Under the pieces are notes generated by a model, which saw only the letters and a list, made by a program, of their open reading frames with translations, was not told the origin of the DNA and made no database searches. Below, in pieces: positions 1 through 19,454 of a DNA stretch of 64,000 nt (its first letter is position 1; each line of letters starts with the position of its first letter). The position numbers were made by a program, and so were the translations under genes. The stretch comes from the human T2T-CHM13v2.0 reference genome, Homo sapiens, in the NCBI RefSeq assembly GCF_009914755.1, contig NC_060931.1; one strand, written 5' to 3'.

Positions 1-324
1 ATGCAGGAATTTAGTAAGTAAATATTCAGTTTTGAAAGTTAAACATATTTTGTCATAAATAGTGAAGGCAAGGGGAGAGAGCTATTTTTATTGGACATCT
101 ATTATCACAAAGGTCTTTAATCCATTTTTATGGCTTTCAAGATAAGGAGGGCATTTCTTAGGTTGGTTTAGAATATTGCTTTTCAACTGTTGGCTATACC
201 TTAGAATGACATTGATGGCTCTTTAAAAAATGTTGATGCCTGGGATCCACTGCAGACCAAGTGTATCAGAATCGCTGAATTTGAGGCATAGGCACTAGTA
301 TTTTTTAAAAAGTTTCCCAAGGTA

Positions 325-672
325 GTCTGGGTGTGGTGGCTCATGCTTGTAATCCCAACGAATCAGGAGACTGAGGTAGGAGAATTGCTTGAGCCCAGGA
401 GTTTGAGGCTGCAGTGACCTATGATCGCATCTCTGAATAGCCACTGCACTCCAGCCTGGGCAACACAGTGAGATTCTGTCTCTACAAAAAATTTAAAAAA
501 TAGAAATAGCTGAGTATGGTGGCACATGCTTATAGTCCCAGCTACTCAGAGGGGCTGAGGTGGCAGGATCACTTGAGCCCAGGAATTTGAGGTTACAGTG
601 AGCTGTGACTGTGCAACTGCACTCCAGACTGAGAAAAAGAGCATGACCCTATCTCTAAGGGGGAAAAAGAAA
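325..672 (+). mobile_element. Old Alu dimer with a FAM-like left arm and an AluJ/FRAM right arm
   Basis: Left arm contains the FAM-type ctatgatcgcatctctgaatagccactgcactcc. TSD aaaagtttcccaag / aaaagcttcccaag. Confidence 0.8.
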
Positions 673-683
673 AGCTTCCCAAG

Positions 684-1072
684 TGTATTAGTCTGTTCTT
701 ACACTGCTATAACGAAATACCTGAAACTGGGTAATTTTTAAGAAAAGAGGGTTAGTTGGCTTATGGTTCTGCAGGCTGTACAGGCTTTTGCTTCTGGGGA
801 GACCTCAGGAAACTTAAAATCATGGCAGAAGGTGAAGGGGAAGCTGGCATGTCTTACATGGTCAGAGCAGAAGGAAGAGAGAGAGAGAAGGGGGAGATGC
901 TACACACTTTTAAACAACCAGAGCTCCTGAGAACTCACTCACTATCACAAGAACTGCAAGGAGGAAAGTCCACCTCCATGATGTAGTCACTGTGCACCAG
1001 GCCTCTCCTCCAACACTGGGGATTACAATTCTACATGTGATTTGGGTGGGGATGCAAATCCTAACCATATCA
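684..1072 (-). mobile_element. MST (MSTA-like) MaLR solo LTR
   Basis: tgtattagtc...accatatca termini; 5-bp TSD ccaag/ccaaa. Confidence 0.85.
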
Positions 1073-3842
1073 CCAAAGAAGTCTAATGTGGAACCAGGAT
1101 TGAGAATAACCAGTTTAGAAGTTCTTTGATGTCTTTACTTCCATCTTGATCTTCCATAATAGATCAGTAACATATAGCGTGCCTTGCAATTTCCTGATTG
1201 TGCTGAGCTGTTTGCTGTTTTTGTGCCTTTGTTGTTCCTGTTTCCTGGAGTGCTTTCCCTTACATTGTCAATCTGAGGAGCACCAATGCATTCCTCGGTA
1301 TCCCTACAGTTGAAGGACTGCTGTTGTATTTTATACATATACCTACTGTTAGACTTACACTCATTTTGTAATAATTTGTTTAGTACCTTCCTCTTGTGAC
1401 TGTGAGTTTCCTGAGTGCAAGAGCCGTATCCAACTCATCTTTCTTTCCCAGAGCCTGGTATGATCAGCACTCTAAAAGTGTCGAATGGACTATCACTTAT
1501 TTAATTATTACAGCAAATCTACAAAGTGTGTATTATTATTTTTGCTCTTTAAGAGATGAGGACTTTCAGTTCAGAAACATGAAACAACCTGCTCTAGTTT
1601 ATTCCACTGGTAAATGGAAGACCTAGAATTCAAATGTACCTCAGCCCTTTAAAGTTTGTTCTTTAAAAATTGTGCTATTTTGTTTTGTTTCATTTTGTTT
1701 TAAAATGTCCTGTTGCCAGGCACTGTTCTACTTCTTGTAATACTAAATGCAGATGGTTGGATTTCAAGAACAGTTTGGTTTAAAGATAATGTGTAAATTA
1801 GATACAATATATAATCAGCTTATGAAAACTGTGGGTGTTACTGAGATGGAAAAGGGAGAGTAACATGGAGTCATAAGTATAGAAATACAGACAGAAAACA
1901 CTAATGTTCTTACATTTATCATACCAATTTACATATAGGTAGACCTGTTGGGTAGAACTCTCTGTTAACAGATGCCATTGTAATACAGTTCTGCTTCACA
2001 AAATTAATCCCATATCTTGATGTGGCCACAACAAATTCTAGAATGAGAAACCTTCATCTGAAATAGAGATATAGTATCAATCCTTTGCAGCTCTTTTGCC
2101 AGAAGTTCTCATAAGGCTATGGTGATTTTTCAGTTGCCTTTTCCGATGTAGAAAAGAGGGATCATATATACAAGCCATATATATATATATGTATTTATTA
2201 AACTGAAGATGTTAGACTTCCAAGAATTATACTTGTAGTTTTTTTAAACTGAGCTGAAAGAGTCAAATGGCAAATATGTGTTTAGGACGCAGTACCTAAA
2301 GTACTGTTACATGCATTAACTCTTATTTTTAATAATATTAATTACTTTCACAGTTATCTTATTGTATACTACCATTTGATTGGTAATATTCCCACCCCAT
2401 TGGTAAACATCAATTCGTTATTCAGGTTGGACTTAATTAAAAACCTAAAGTACCTCATCTTTCTCCTTGTGTCAGAGTTCTGATTCTACTATGAATGTTG
2501 TACTGCTAACTTTGCTTTAAAAATTGGTTATCAGTAAGGCAGTCTTAAAAAGTTCCTTTGTGTTTGATCTCTGGGATAGGTAGGTTGGCCCTGGTTCATT
2601 GACTCTAGAAGATATGAGGAGAAGAGGACAGGCTGCCACAAAGCAAAATGCATGAGAAACGAGTGTTATATTAATTCCGCATTTTAATTTCAGCTATTGC
2701 CCATGAATAATAAATAGGCTCCAATCTGGGGATTGTATCATGTTCTTATGGTCCTAAAATTCTGTGATTCATTTTTGAATTTAGAATTTAGAATTATCTT
2801 TATGTAATTATACTGATTTATTAAGAGTTCCTGCCATTTGGAGAGTTATTTTATATTTTTGCATTTTTCCCTTGAATCTTTTGTTTCACAGCTTCTATAA
2901 ATGTCAGCCTCACTGCTTGCCTCAATCTCTAAAGCACATACATACTGCAAGCACATACTTTACCATATCCATGTAATTTCTTTTCCTTAAGTGACAGACA
3001 TATATATATATGTTTAACTATAACTCTGAGTTTGTAAGGTTGTTATCAAATTGGCCTTAGGACATGTGCTGTGTGTCAGCTATGGTCATGTTATTAACTT
3101 TTAGATGGAAATGGAATTCTAAAGATTGTTTTTTATGTTTTGATTTTCTTGTCATATCTTCTAAAAATGCTCTTTAGAGTATTTTCATGATACTGAAATA
3201 ACTTCTATTATAATATTTATTCATTAGAACCCAGTAAAACCTGCAAGTACCTCCAAGCTGTAGGATGAAAGCAAGGAGTTGAAATATGATGAAAAAGGCC
3301 TACCAGGAGGTGAGATGCCTACTCTACCACCAAATATGTGACTTTGGAAGTGACTTTTGCCCACACTGGCCTCAGTGTCCCTAGTTATATACTAAGGATC
3401 TTGTATTATGTGACCTCTAGGAATCTCTCAATATTATTCTGTAATACCTGAAGTACCTGTTTAATAGTTTTTAAAATCACAATTCATTCTTATGTAGTAA
3501 TTTGAAAGATGGCATTTCTGCAAAATTACGTTTTTCCAGTATCTCTGAGAGGTATTACTACTTTTTCATCTTCAACTTAAAGTTAATAAATATTGGAATT
3601 TTTCCTTGACAGTACCTTAGCCTGTGTCCCCCACCAAAGGAAATTCTTGGTATTATACTGATTCTCTCTTCTCAAACATACCTTTTTCCTTAAACTAAAA
3701 AGGCAGGGTCTAAGAGTAACTTTCTGAGAGCCATCCTGGCTCACTTCAGTGGTGTTGAATAATAAGCCTGATAATATAGCAACTCAGTGTAGTTCATTTA
3801 CTTTATTCCTTCTCCAAGATAACCTTAAGAAGCAACCATATT

Positions 3843-6299
<2,457 letters not shown>

Positions 6300-6584
6300 T
6301 TATCAGCCAGAAACATGGGGAAGGTAGGTTCCTGAATATTGGAAGACCACAGAAAATGCAAAGAAACCAGGCTCACATTTATTTTAGTGACCACCACTGC
6401 AAGTTTGGTTTGGGTGAGAAGTCCTGTGTTTTGGGTTTGATCCTTGAGGCCTCATGAGTTTCAGCCCTGCTGCTGAAAGTGTCTTGGTTTTAGCCAAACT
6501 GTGGAGGAAAGTGACATTGAATACTGGTGCAATGAACTCATTGGAGCTGCTTTTCAAAATGTTCAGAGACAGTGTCAGTGATGC

Positions 6585-7060
6585 TGTATTAGTTTCCTGG
6601 TGCTTCTATAACACATTAGCAGAAACTTCGTTGCCTGAAACAACAACAACTTATTGTCTTACAACTGTGGAGGTCAGAAGCCTGAAATAGGTCTTACAAG
6701 GATAAGATGAAGTATTGGCAGTGCTTTGCTCCTTTTGGAGGCCCTAAGGGAGATTCATTCCTTGCCTTTTCTAGTTTCTAGAGGCTGTCTGCATTCCTTG
6801 GTTCTTGCCCTCTTCCTCTTAGCACTCTGATCTCTACTTCCACCATCATACCTTCTTCTCTGGTTTTAACCCTGTTGCCTTCCACTTATAAGGACTCATG
6901 TAATTAGATTGAGCCCATCCAGATAATCCAGGATAATCTCCCCAAGTCAAGGTCCTTAACAATATCTGCACAGTCCCTTTTTCCATGTGAGGTAACATGT
7001 TCGTAGGTTCTGGATATTAGGGTGTAGGCATATTTAGGGGTCATTATTTTCCCTACCGCA
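6585..7060 (-). mobile_element. MLT1C/D-like MaLR solo LTR
   Basis: tgtattagtttcc...ccctaccgca; cagataatccaggataatctcccc motif; TSD gatgc/gattc. Confidence 0.75.
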
Positions 7061-7089
7061 GATTCCTTCTAGTTATTAATGTTGTTACC

Positions 7090-7370
7090 TGGATATTACC
7101 TCCTTCTGGAGGCCTTCTGAGACACCCTTAGACCTCCATCTTCCCTGGTCATTCTCGACAGCATTTCTCTGTTTTATTAAGTCTGAGAATACTATGTTTA
7201 TTTTCTAAACTTATTTTTAATTTAATTGTTCATTTTCTGTCTCCTCTACTATCAGATAAACTCCACAGGAGCAGAAACATGATCAGTTTTCTTCACTACT
7301 TTGTCCCCCAAATCTAAATAGCTCCCAGCACTTGGTAGGCTCTCAGAAGAAGGTTATTGAATGAATCAAT
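7090..7370 (+). mobile_element. L2 3' end fragment
   Basis: cagcacttggtaggctctcag..tattgaatgaat terminal motif. Confidence 0.6.
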
Positions 7371-8151
7371 CTGTATATAGTGTAAGAAAGCTTGCCTTAT
7401 ATTAAAACTATGTTAACATACTCCTGTTCCTATTACTATCAATAATGCAAACATTCTTACTAAGCAGTAGTTAAGCATTCTGTCAATGGATTTTCTTTTG
7501 AATTTAAGTACATGAGTTTCTCATTGGGACATAACTGAGATCAATAAAATAAGATACCAGATGTAAAATGGAGCTGCAGGAAAAAGAATTATAATTAATG
7601 CAGACAGTAAATACCTTGCCAAGAAGAATTTTAACATTACCTCAATCCAAGCTGTAATCATGATACCAAGGTGAATAACACGTGGCCCTTGTGTTTTTCA
7701 CCACAAATTTGCAACATTAATATTTCTGATTCAAAGGAAATTGAGGTAAGAGCTTTAATAGTCCTACAATAAGGATGGAGGAGGGAGAGGTTCATTTTAA
7801 CTGAAACATCATTTCTGGTAAGCAGAGGCTCTTCCCAAAACACAGTTGCTAGCACTCTAGGAAACTCAAAGAGCTTTAGGTAGAGGGAGTGATGTTATCC
7901 ATTGACATCACATTAAAAGCAACTCTGATGGAAAGAGTGTCTTTCTATAAGCAGTTAACTTATAGCTGTTCAGTTGTTGTTCATTTATACATCCAGGGGA
8001 TTGATAACAACCTTCGAATGAATCAGGCAATCAGAAGATCAACTAAGTACCTGGTGCTGGTCAAGTACTGAGGTCTTGATGTGATATTGACCTGTAGTGA
8101 GGAGGAGATGAGGAGGCTAGACGAGGTTGGAAAGGCTTCATGGAAGAGGGG

Positions 8152-8531
8152 TGCTATGCACTGAATTATGCCCTCCCCACATTTAAATGTTGAAACTCTA
8201 ACCCCCAACATGACTGTGTTTGGAGATGGGAGACTTTTAAGAGGTGATTAAGATTACATGAGGTCATAAGGGTGGGACCCTAATCCAATATGACTGGTGT
8301 CCTTATAAGAAGAGAAAGAGACACCAGGCATGTGCACTTACAAAGAAAAGGCTATGTGAGGACACAGAGAGAAAATGGCCATTTCCAGGCCAAGGAGACA
8401 GGCCTCAGGAGAAACCAAATCTACCAACACCTTAACCTTGGACTTCCAGCCTCCAGAACTGCAAGAAAATAAATTTCTATTTAGGCCACCCAGTCTGTGG
8501 TATTTTGTTTTGGCAGTCCTAGACGACTATA
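8152..8531 (+). mobile_element. MLT1A/A0 solo LTR inserted into an L2 fragment
   Basis: tgctatgcactgaat..., ggacttccagcctccagaactg..aaaataaatttc; the L2 continues on both sides. Confidence 0.8.
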
Positions 8532-10267
8532 GGTGGAACTTGATCTAAATCTTGAAGGATGAGTAGGGCCGTTTCTGGGAAACAGCTTTGGGGAAGTGTC
8601 TAGTTCAGGAAAGGTCTCAGCAAAATTAATGAATGAAAAAGCCACAGAAAATGTTGGAATGAACATAGCTTTTGAACTAAAGAGCAGAAGAGAGAACTGA
8701 GTGTAGGTGGGCTATGGGTAGGTGCTTATGTACCATTATGCCTGGGGTGGGGAAGGTGATTATGGAAGATCCTGAAATCCAGGGAGAAGGGTTTTTTTTT
8801 TCCTTTTTTTTTTTTGATACAGTAGAAAATCTAGGGCTTACATTTGGGGTTTTGATAAGGAGTCAACTTTAGAAAGATCGGGGGATATGATGTATGGCAG
8901 AGGTGGAAATGAAGGGTAAGGTGTGGCTCCAAGAACTACCATAAAAAAAGAAAACAGATTTAGTTGGGGCTGGGTATTAGTTGAGAAGAGTTAAGAGTTA
9001 TAGTTGAATGGTTCATGAGGCTGAGAGGTACCCAGGTAGTTCTTAATTTTTGAAGTTTTATGAGGATTAGAATGTGTTAGCAACAGAAGTACAAGATTCT
9101 CCCATACCTACTTCTTTAGGAGGATAGACTTTAAAACAGAAGAATTATCCTTTCTTTCCAAAAAGTCTTATTATTATTAATCAGACTCTCTCCTTTCACC
9201 TAATCTCATAGTTTACTGTGTGTGAAATCCCAGGGATGGTTGAGGTCACCTGTGGCCCCACAGAATCCTAAGATGTCCGTTCTGGGATGTGCTGGTTCTC
9301 AGGGAGCAGCAGCACTGTTGGCCTCACATACTATGTGCAGTTGCTCATGTGGCTTTTAATCTCTAAAATAATGTTTGTCACGTTTCTCATTTTAGTGATT
9401 ATACATATTGATTTTAGAGGTTTGGATACTGTAGAAACATAAACACGAAAAATTCCAATAATTTGGAGTCCTACTGTTTGGATATAGCTACTGTTCATAT
9501 TTGGTGAGTCGAATGGAACACACAGTTTTGCTTCCTCCTTTCTTTTCAGTTAATTCACATGATTATTCAGTATGCAAATATTAGTGCTATGGGAAACACT
9601 ATATTTTTTAGTTTAGAGTCCCTTGTGGTTTTCTCTGGGAGTTCCTAGGATAGCATAGGAAATAGTGAATTTTTTTTTTCTAACACAAGAACATTTTGAT
9701 AGGTGATATTGGCAGTAGATGTGCAGAGGTTTAATTTTGCTTTTAGGAAGATGTGGAAACCTTGATGAAATTATGTCTGGTAAATTATAAAGGAAATACT
9801 ATTTTTAAAGTATATCTTTGTGATAAGCGAAAAAGGATTTTTTGGAGGTTTAGATATCTTCTTTCTAAATAGATCATATTCACCATATTATTTTATTCTT
9901 GAATTGAGCATATTTTACTTATTTTCTTTCCAAATGTACAAAACTTTATTTTAAAGGAGCTAGTCACTTAAAATCAGATAAGATGAATGAAGTGCAGTCA
10001 TCTTAGAAATGAAATGCTTAACCACTTGAGGTAAACTAGAAAAGTAGGGCACTTGTCCTCTTTGATTGGGTGGTAATTTACTTCACATTGGTGAATGCTT
10101 GGCTTCTAAGAAGGTGTAAATTTTACTTTAATATGTTTTCACTTATTCTCCATGTTGAATTATTTTCTTATGATATTGTAAGTGTTTTGAAATAATCATA
10201 AGAAAGACTAATTGTCTGATTAGTATGGCTGAGTAATAAATAACCTTTTTTCTTTTTGATATTGTAG

Positions 10268-10344
10268 TTGACTCATGTTGACCAAGCAAGCTTCCAGGTT
10301 GATGCCTTTGGAACGTCATTCATTCTCGATGTCGTGCTAAATCA
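10268..10344 (+). CDS. ADAM22: Internal coding exon of ADAM22 (prodomain; probably exon 3), 77 nt, phase 0 to phase 2
   Basis: Acceptor ccttttttctttttgatattgtag| and donor CA|gtaagt. Translates LTHVDQASFQVDAFGTSFILDVVLN plus CA, matching the ADAM22 prodomain as I recall it (..GGPQ-LTHVDQASF..VLNH-DLLSS). Too short for the ORF track. Confidence 0.95.
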
Positions 10345-11231
10345 GTAAGTGTTGAGTTGCACTTGCTTTTGTCAGATACACATTGAATCCACTTTATTTT
10401 CCACTTGTAAAGTTTTTTCTTACTATATTTTACTTTGTCTTCCTATACCGGTTAAATACTACATTTTAAACTATACTTATTTACTGTAGGTTATAAAGTC
10501 TGGCAGATAACAAGAAATATATATTCATTTGAAATTGAGCACCTATAATAGAGTTAAGAATGTAAAATGAAAGGCAAGAGTTACCCCAATATTTTTTGTA
10601 AGAATATCTATAACTTAAGTTTCCTATGAATGACAGTAAATTATGACAATAATACTTTGGGTATTGAAGTATCTTCCTTGAGAACAGCAGGAAAGAGAAG
10701 GTTGCACTTTTTGATTAATGATTCAGAGGACTGGCTGCATGATATGTGATGTTAAATAGTACCTGGTGTTCATTAGATGCTTTGATGTGGTGGTGGATTT
10801 CTGTGAGGTTTCTGGTACTGGGATTATCCTGTGAATACAATATAATTTTAGAAATAGTTGTCTATCTAGAATTTTAGGTTTGGAAGGTGCTTTTGATTTG
10901 TTGCTGGATTTAATCTCTTGCATTTGGTCTAAGTGTAGTGTTTAATAAATCTGGTTAGTTACTGTTCACTTTTTTAAAAAAGGGTTTCTATCCTACTTCT
11001 GATCATGGGCAAGTGGGCAGAGACCAGGGTTCTGCCAGGCCTATGCTTCTGAGCTGGGCAGAATTGGGCTATAGTTTTCTGGAAGCATTTCTACAACAGG
11101 AAGAAAGTCTGAGGCCAGAAATTCAGACAAATAGACTAAGAGTGAGAATTAGAGCCTGAGTTGTCTGCAATGGGGAACCAGCTAGATGGAAGTTAATTTA
11201 AAAAGGCATGTAAGAGGCAAGACTTAGGACC

Positions 11232-11352
11232 ATGTTATCTGGATAGGTAGCCATTAGCCACTTGTGGCTGTTTAAATTTACATTAATTCATTCAAATAAA
11301 ATTAAAAATTCTGTTCTTCAGTTGCATTAGCCACATTTTAAATGCTCAATAA
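11232..11352. mobile_element. MER3/MER33-like hAT fragment
   Basis: gtagccattagccacttgtggctgtttaaattta..gttgcattagccacatttt. Confidence 0.6.
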
Positions 11353-13987
11353 CCCTCTCTGCCTTCACTCCCTCATCTACTTAATACCTAGTCTCCTTCT
11401 CTGTTTCATTTTAAAAATAATACTTATCACCATTTAATATATAGGTGAATTCTTATGACATTGCCATTTTTATAGGTCAAAAAAGTTTGACTACCATTAT
11501 TGATGTATGGCCATCTAATATTTGATATTTTGATTATTTATTTGGTCTATAGTCTTTTTCCTACCCCTGCAATGTAAGCTCTTTGAGGGCAGAGATTTTC
11601 TTTGCTTCACTGATGTATCCTTAATATAGGGGTTAAACTCCAGGCTGGGAGTCATATTGACTCAGAAACCAGAGGATAGGATTAGCCAGGAGACAGAGGT
11701 AAGATGACTAGGAGAGGAAGAGTGAAACAGCAAAAAAGAAGATAAATGTTTGAGACTAGCTTCTGAAAGCTGCATGTAGATACTAGGTGTGATTTGGAAA
11801 GTCAGGTTCTTAGGTCTCTATTTTAATAACTCCCTTCCATCCCTCTTTGAAATCATTGCCCCTGTTGGTAATCTGTGTTTTCTGCTTCCTGACATCTGTA
11901 ATTCCTTGACTTTTAATACTCAAACAAAGAAGGGATGTTTATTCATGTCCATTCTGGCCAAACTGCCTCACTTGCTTTGGAGACATCCGAGTCCAAAGAC
12001 TTTCTTTTCCTGAAGGAGACACACATATGGTCATACTTATCAAAGCGTGAAGTTTAGAATACTGGGGTTGAAGCATAATTTCTTCTGAGATATTGGCAGA
12101 AACCTCTATTGGGCATTTTTCTTTCTATTTCAATGCAAATTTGCAACTACAAGACATATAAAAGATTAAATAAGAGCATAAATGGAGGTAGCCTGGGCTG
12201 AGAAACATGCACTGTGCTCTTTTTTTTTTTTTTTTTTTTTTTTGCCTGGGATCGATGTTAAACATAGGTGGCAGGTGGCTGTTATCTTTATACTATAAAA
12301 ATCATGATGTGATACAAAAATGTTTATCTTATTTTTAATGTAGAATTTTGTTTTTCGTGGTTTCAGTTTGTGTATTGTCTTAAGTTGGTTAAGGAGCAGG
12401 AACGTGAAGAACAATAAGTTCTTTAAACTTTTTTTCTTATGAAGCAATTCTGGGGCTGTGGAACATATAGAAAATTTTTTTAACTGGAGGAAAATTAAAT
12501 AAGTCCATGTAGCTAGCTTCTGGTTGCAGAATGGATCCAATAATACATATTTTTTGATTGGAATGGATGGAAAAGTATCATTACATAATGTTTCTTCTTA
12601 ATGTTCAGTAAATAAAATTATCTATAAGTAGATTATATCTATAAGTAGAGTTTAACCTTTGAGTAGTAACTTCCACAGGAGGCTGATAAAAATATGGAAA
12701 GGTTAAAAATGAAAAGCACAGCCAGTTTCTTTTTTGTCAAAATTATCAAGAAAAGGGTGGGGAGCAGTTTTTCTTCATGGGGTCGTAGTTGTGAAATTTC
12801 ACTCTTTAGGACAGATGTATTAACAAAATGAAACATATGGCGTGGTCTGGCCACACTAGTCCTAGGCTGCATTGGACCTTTCCAGAGGTCAGCAATGAGT
12901 CTTATATTTTATTGTGAAACATTCTTCGGAAAGAAGAAAGCTCAATAAAGACATGTAACTCTATTATCTGAGCAATTCAGTCCAATTTTTTTTTCTTGTA
13001 CATCTCCTGTTCTTGAAGAAGTGGATAATTAAACTGCTCCAAACAATGCAAGATGTTGAAAAATGTTTCCTTTCAGCAGAATTCTTTGATCCTTTACAAC
13101 AGAGGACCTGACAAAAACCACACATAGTCCCCCAACAAAGAAGCAAGCACTGTCTGTGGACTGTGGTTGGTTGTTTATGATGTGAAATATATAACAATTA
13201 GGAAAAATATCTTTTATAGCCTGCTTTTTTTGGAAGGGATTCTGTTGTGCAGCTCTCAGATCCTGGATGATCCAGTGCCTAAATTTTGAGTGTATTTTAC
13301 AGATTCTCAGCTTCTTGTCTTCTTATTTCAATAACAACGAAATGGTTTTTCTCACTGTATGATCCTTATAGCAGTCTTCTTTTCCCCCAGTTTTACAGTA
13401 AGTGGTGGGAGGACAACTAGGAACTGAAGCATGACAGATGTCAGCAGATGGGGTTGCCCATGAAGAATGGGAGGTGGTGTGGGGATAGGGAAGAGGGAGA
13501 GAGAGAGAGAAGCAGAAGCAGGGTTAGACAAGGAACACCCAAATTCTGTTTAAAAGAGAACATTCAGTCTTGCCTTCTCTCATTTAGAGAAAGCATTTCC
13601 AATTAGTTACCTCTTGCTTGCTTTATACTGTGGCTCTTGAATTTGTAGGGAAAGTAAAAATCACCATGGATAAAAGACAGGATCTGAATTCAATTGGAAT
13701 TGAAAGTTAACTCTGGAAGAGTCTCATCATGCTATATTTACGGTGTGGCTGATGATGATGATAAAAATAAATGATGAGGATAACATTATAATTAAATGAT
13801 GATGTTATGTGATAATAATGAATAACAATAGATATCTCACTGTTATTAATAAATCTGTAACTGAATGCCTTGCTGTTCAACTAAATTCATTATGGTGAAT
13901 ATTTGTTCCCATGTACATTTAATACAAAGTTATTGTGTATAAGACAAATCTGTGTTTGGAGTAGTTTGGAATCCTTATGTTTATTTC

Positions 13988-14043
<56 letters not shown>
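13988..14043. repeat. Compound (AT)n(CA)n microsatellite
   Basis: Directly visible. Confidence 0.97.
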
Positions 14044-14046
<3 letters not shown>

Positions 14047-14069
14047 TACACAAGTTTTCTAAGCCTCTA

Positions 14070-14520
14070 GTAATGCTAAAAGCTTCTCTAGACCCTGAAG
14101 ACTTAGACTTGAGAAGAAAGGAAACAAAGACTTTACTCTTAGGGAATTTGCATCTAGCCAGAGAAACAAACAATGAACATGTTAAATAAGGTAATTTCAG
14201 AGAGTGACAGTGCCATTTATAGAGAGTGTCTGGTGTGAGGATGAAAATAGCACATTCGAGAATTGGTTGTCCGGGACAGGCCATCTCTAAGGAGGTGACA
14301 TTTGAAAGTAAGGGGCCCCCATGCAGAGGGAACAGCAAGGGTCTGGGCCCTGAGGCAGGAACAAGCTTAGCATGCTTGAGAGACAGAAATGTGGCTAAGG
14401 AGGTTGGCACAGGGATAGCCAAGTTATTAAATGCGGTTGGAAAAGTAGAAGGAACCAAAATATCTAGGGCCTTGTAGGCAACAGAAAGACTTTGGGTGAA
14501 AGTCTAAACAGAGGTTATTG
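14070..14520 (-). mobile_element. L2 fragment
   Basis: ctctaaggaggtgacatttgaa, gcagagggaacagcaagggtctgggccctgaggcagga. Confidence 0.65.
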
Positions 14521-14600
14521 ATTTTTCCCCACACTATTTGTTGCATTATTCACTACTTCCCCTACTGGCTTATGAACATTTATTCATCAGATTCAGTTAT

Positions 14601-14604
<4 letters not shown>

Positions 14605-14660
<56 letters not shown>
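14605..14660. repeat. Perfect (TA)28 microsatellite at an Alu tail
   Basis: Directly visible. Confidence 0.97.
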
Positions 14661-16640
<1,980 letters not shown>

Positions 16641-16646
16641 TTCTAG

Positions 16647-16930
<284 letters not shown>

Positions 16931-16991
16931 TTAGGAACACATTTGTTGCATATAATGAAAGTCTTTTTTTTTTTTTTTAAAGAATTTTATT

Positions 16992-17850
<859 letters not shown>

Positions 17851-19090
17851 AAGTAGGCTTTTGATTTTTTTAAATGGTGCTATAACAGCTGTTTTTCTAT
17901 AAATTCTATTTTGCAGGAGGGATGATGTCAAGTATAAATAGTTACTAAGGCTTCAGGTTTTCAGTTTCATGTCTCCTGCAAGTCTGGAAAGAGTTCCATA
18001 CTTCTCATGGCTACGATCTTATGTTTTTGATTTATAGTAAAACTCTACCTTTGAAATCTACGTTGAACTTTTGAAACTTTTTAAGGGTTGGGATTCTACT
18101 ATTGGTAGAATACCTTGAGGAACTTTATATAGACCTTACATTTCTTGTTCTTTAGCTGAAGCATAATTCACTTTTTCTTGTTTGTTCTAAGTTGAGAAGT
18201 GGTAAAGTTGTGAATCCCACAACTAGACTTTTGGAAGGCTAGTTATAACTTCTTCTCACAGACACAAAGTCTCTTGTGCTCAGCCCAGGGTGGCCTTGTT
18301 GTTAGAGGGGCAGCTTTTGGCTGCAAAGTCCAGAGCAAAGGGGAACTGTATTGGAAGGTGCTGGAAGATCCATGGATGTGTCTGGCAAAGAGCTAGAGAA
18401 TGATCCAAGGAAGAGACCAGTACTAAAGCTAAGACCTAGGAAATTGTTTCTGAAGGGGTATTTGGAAGGAATCCTAGAGGCAACAGGACCCCAGGGACTA
18501 GAGACTTACAGGATTCAAAAGGCCAAACTCATGGGTGAGGAGGATACTGTGCTAGGCTTGAGTTAGCTCTATTATAAGGATATATCCGAGCTTACTAGAG
18601 TAGCATCAGGCTCCTGTAACACCTTCATGTTACTGGTTTATTTAAGCTTTCTGCTTTCTTGTTTGTTTTTAAAAAGTACAGACTTAGCACAGACACATTA
18701 TCTTTCATATGATTGTTTAATATGACTTTTAGATATTTTTAGTATTACCTGTTTTTTTAATAGGGGAATCTGGAGATTTTAGCATACTTATGAGCCTGTT
18801 ATTTAAATTGTAAATAAAATAATTGCAGAATTATTTAATATAACTTAGACAATTTGTGTTTTTTAGTTTTTCAAGGAAAATACCACATACATACTATTTT
18901 TATATTTGAAATGATTGCTGTATATTTTTGTGCAACAGATTTATCAGGTGAGTGAAAAATGTAATTTGCTAGATATAGTCAACACTTCCAATGTGCAACA
19001 ATGAAACCTTTAATGTAATTAAATGTTTTTGCATAAATTCCTAGAAGTTCTTTTGAGATTTTTACAGTGATTAGATGTGTTAAAGATTAA

Positions 19091-19454
<364 letters not shown>

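Larger units (their letters stand above)
176..1117. mobile_element. MER5-type (hAT-Charlie) MITE split by an Alu dimer and an MST LTR (pieces about 176-322 and 1073-1117)
   Basis: MER5-like motifs atcagaatc..ggcactagtatttttt aaaagtttccca before the inserts and tctaatgtggaaccaggattgagaataaccag after them. Confidence 0.55.

Noticed and set aside
10736-11777. TGCATG (RBFOX) motifs downstream of the exon
   Set aside because: Their frequency is compatible with chance, they are distant, and skipping the exon would shift the frame.
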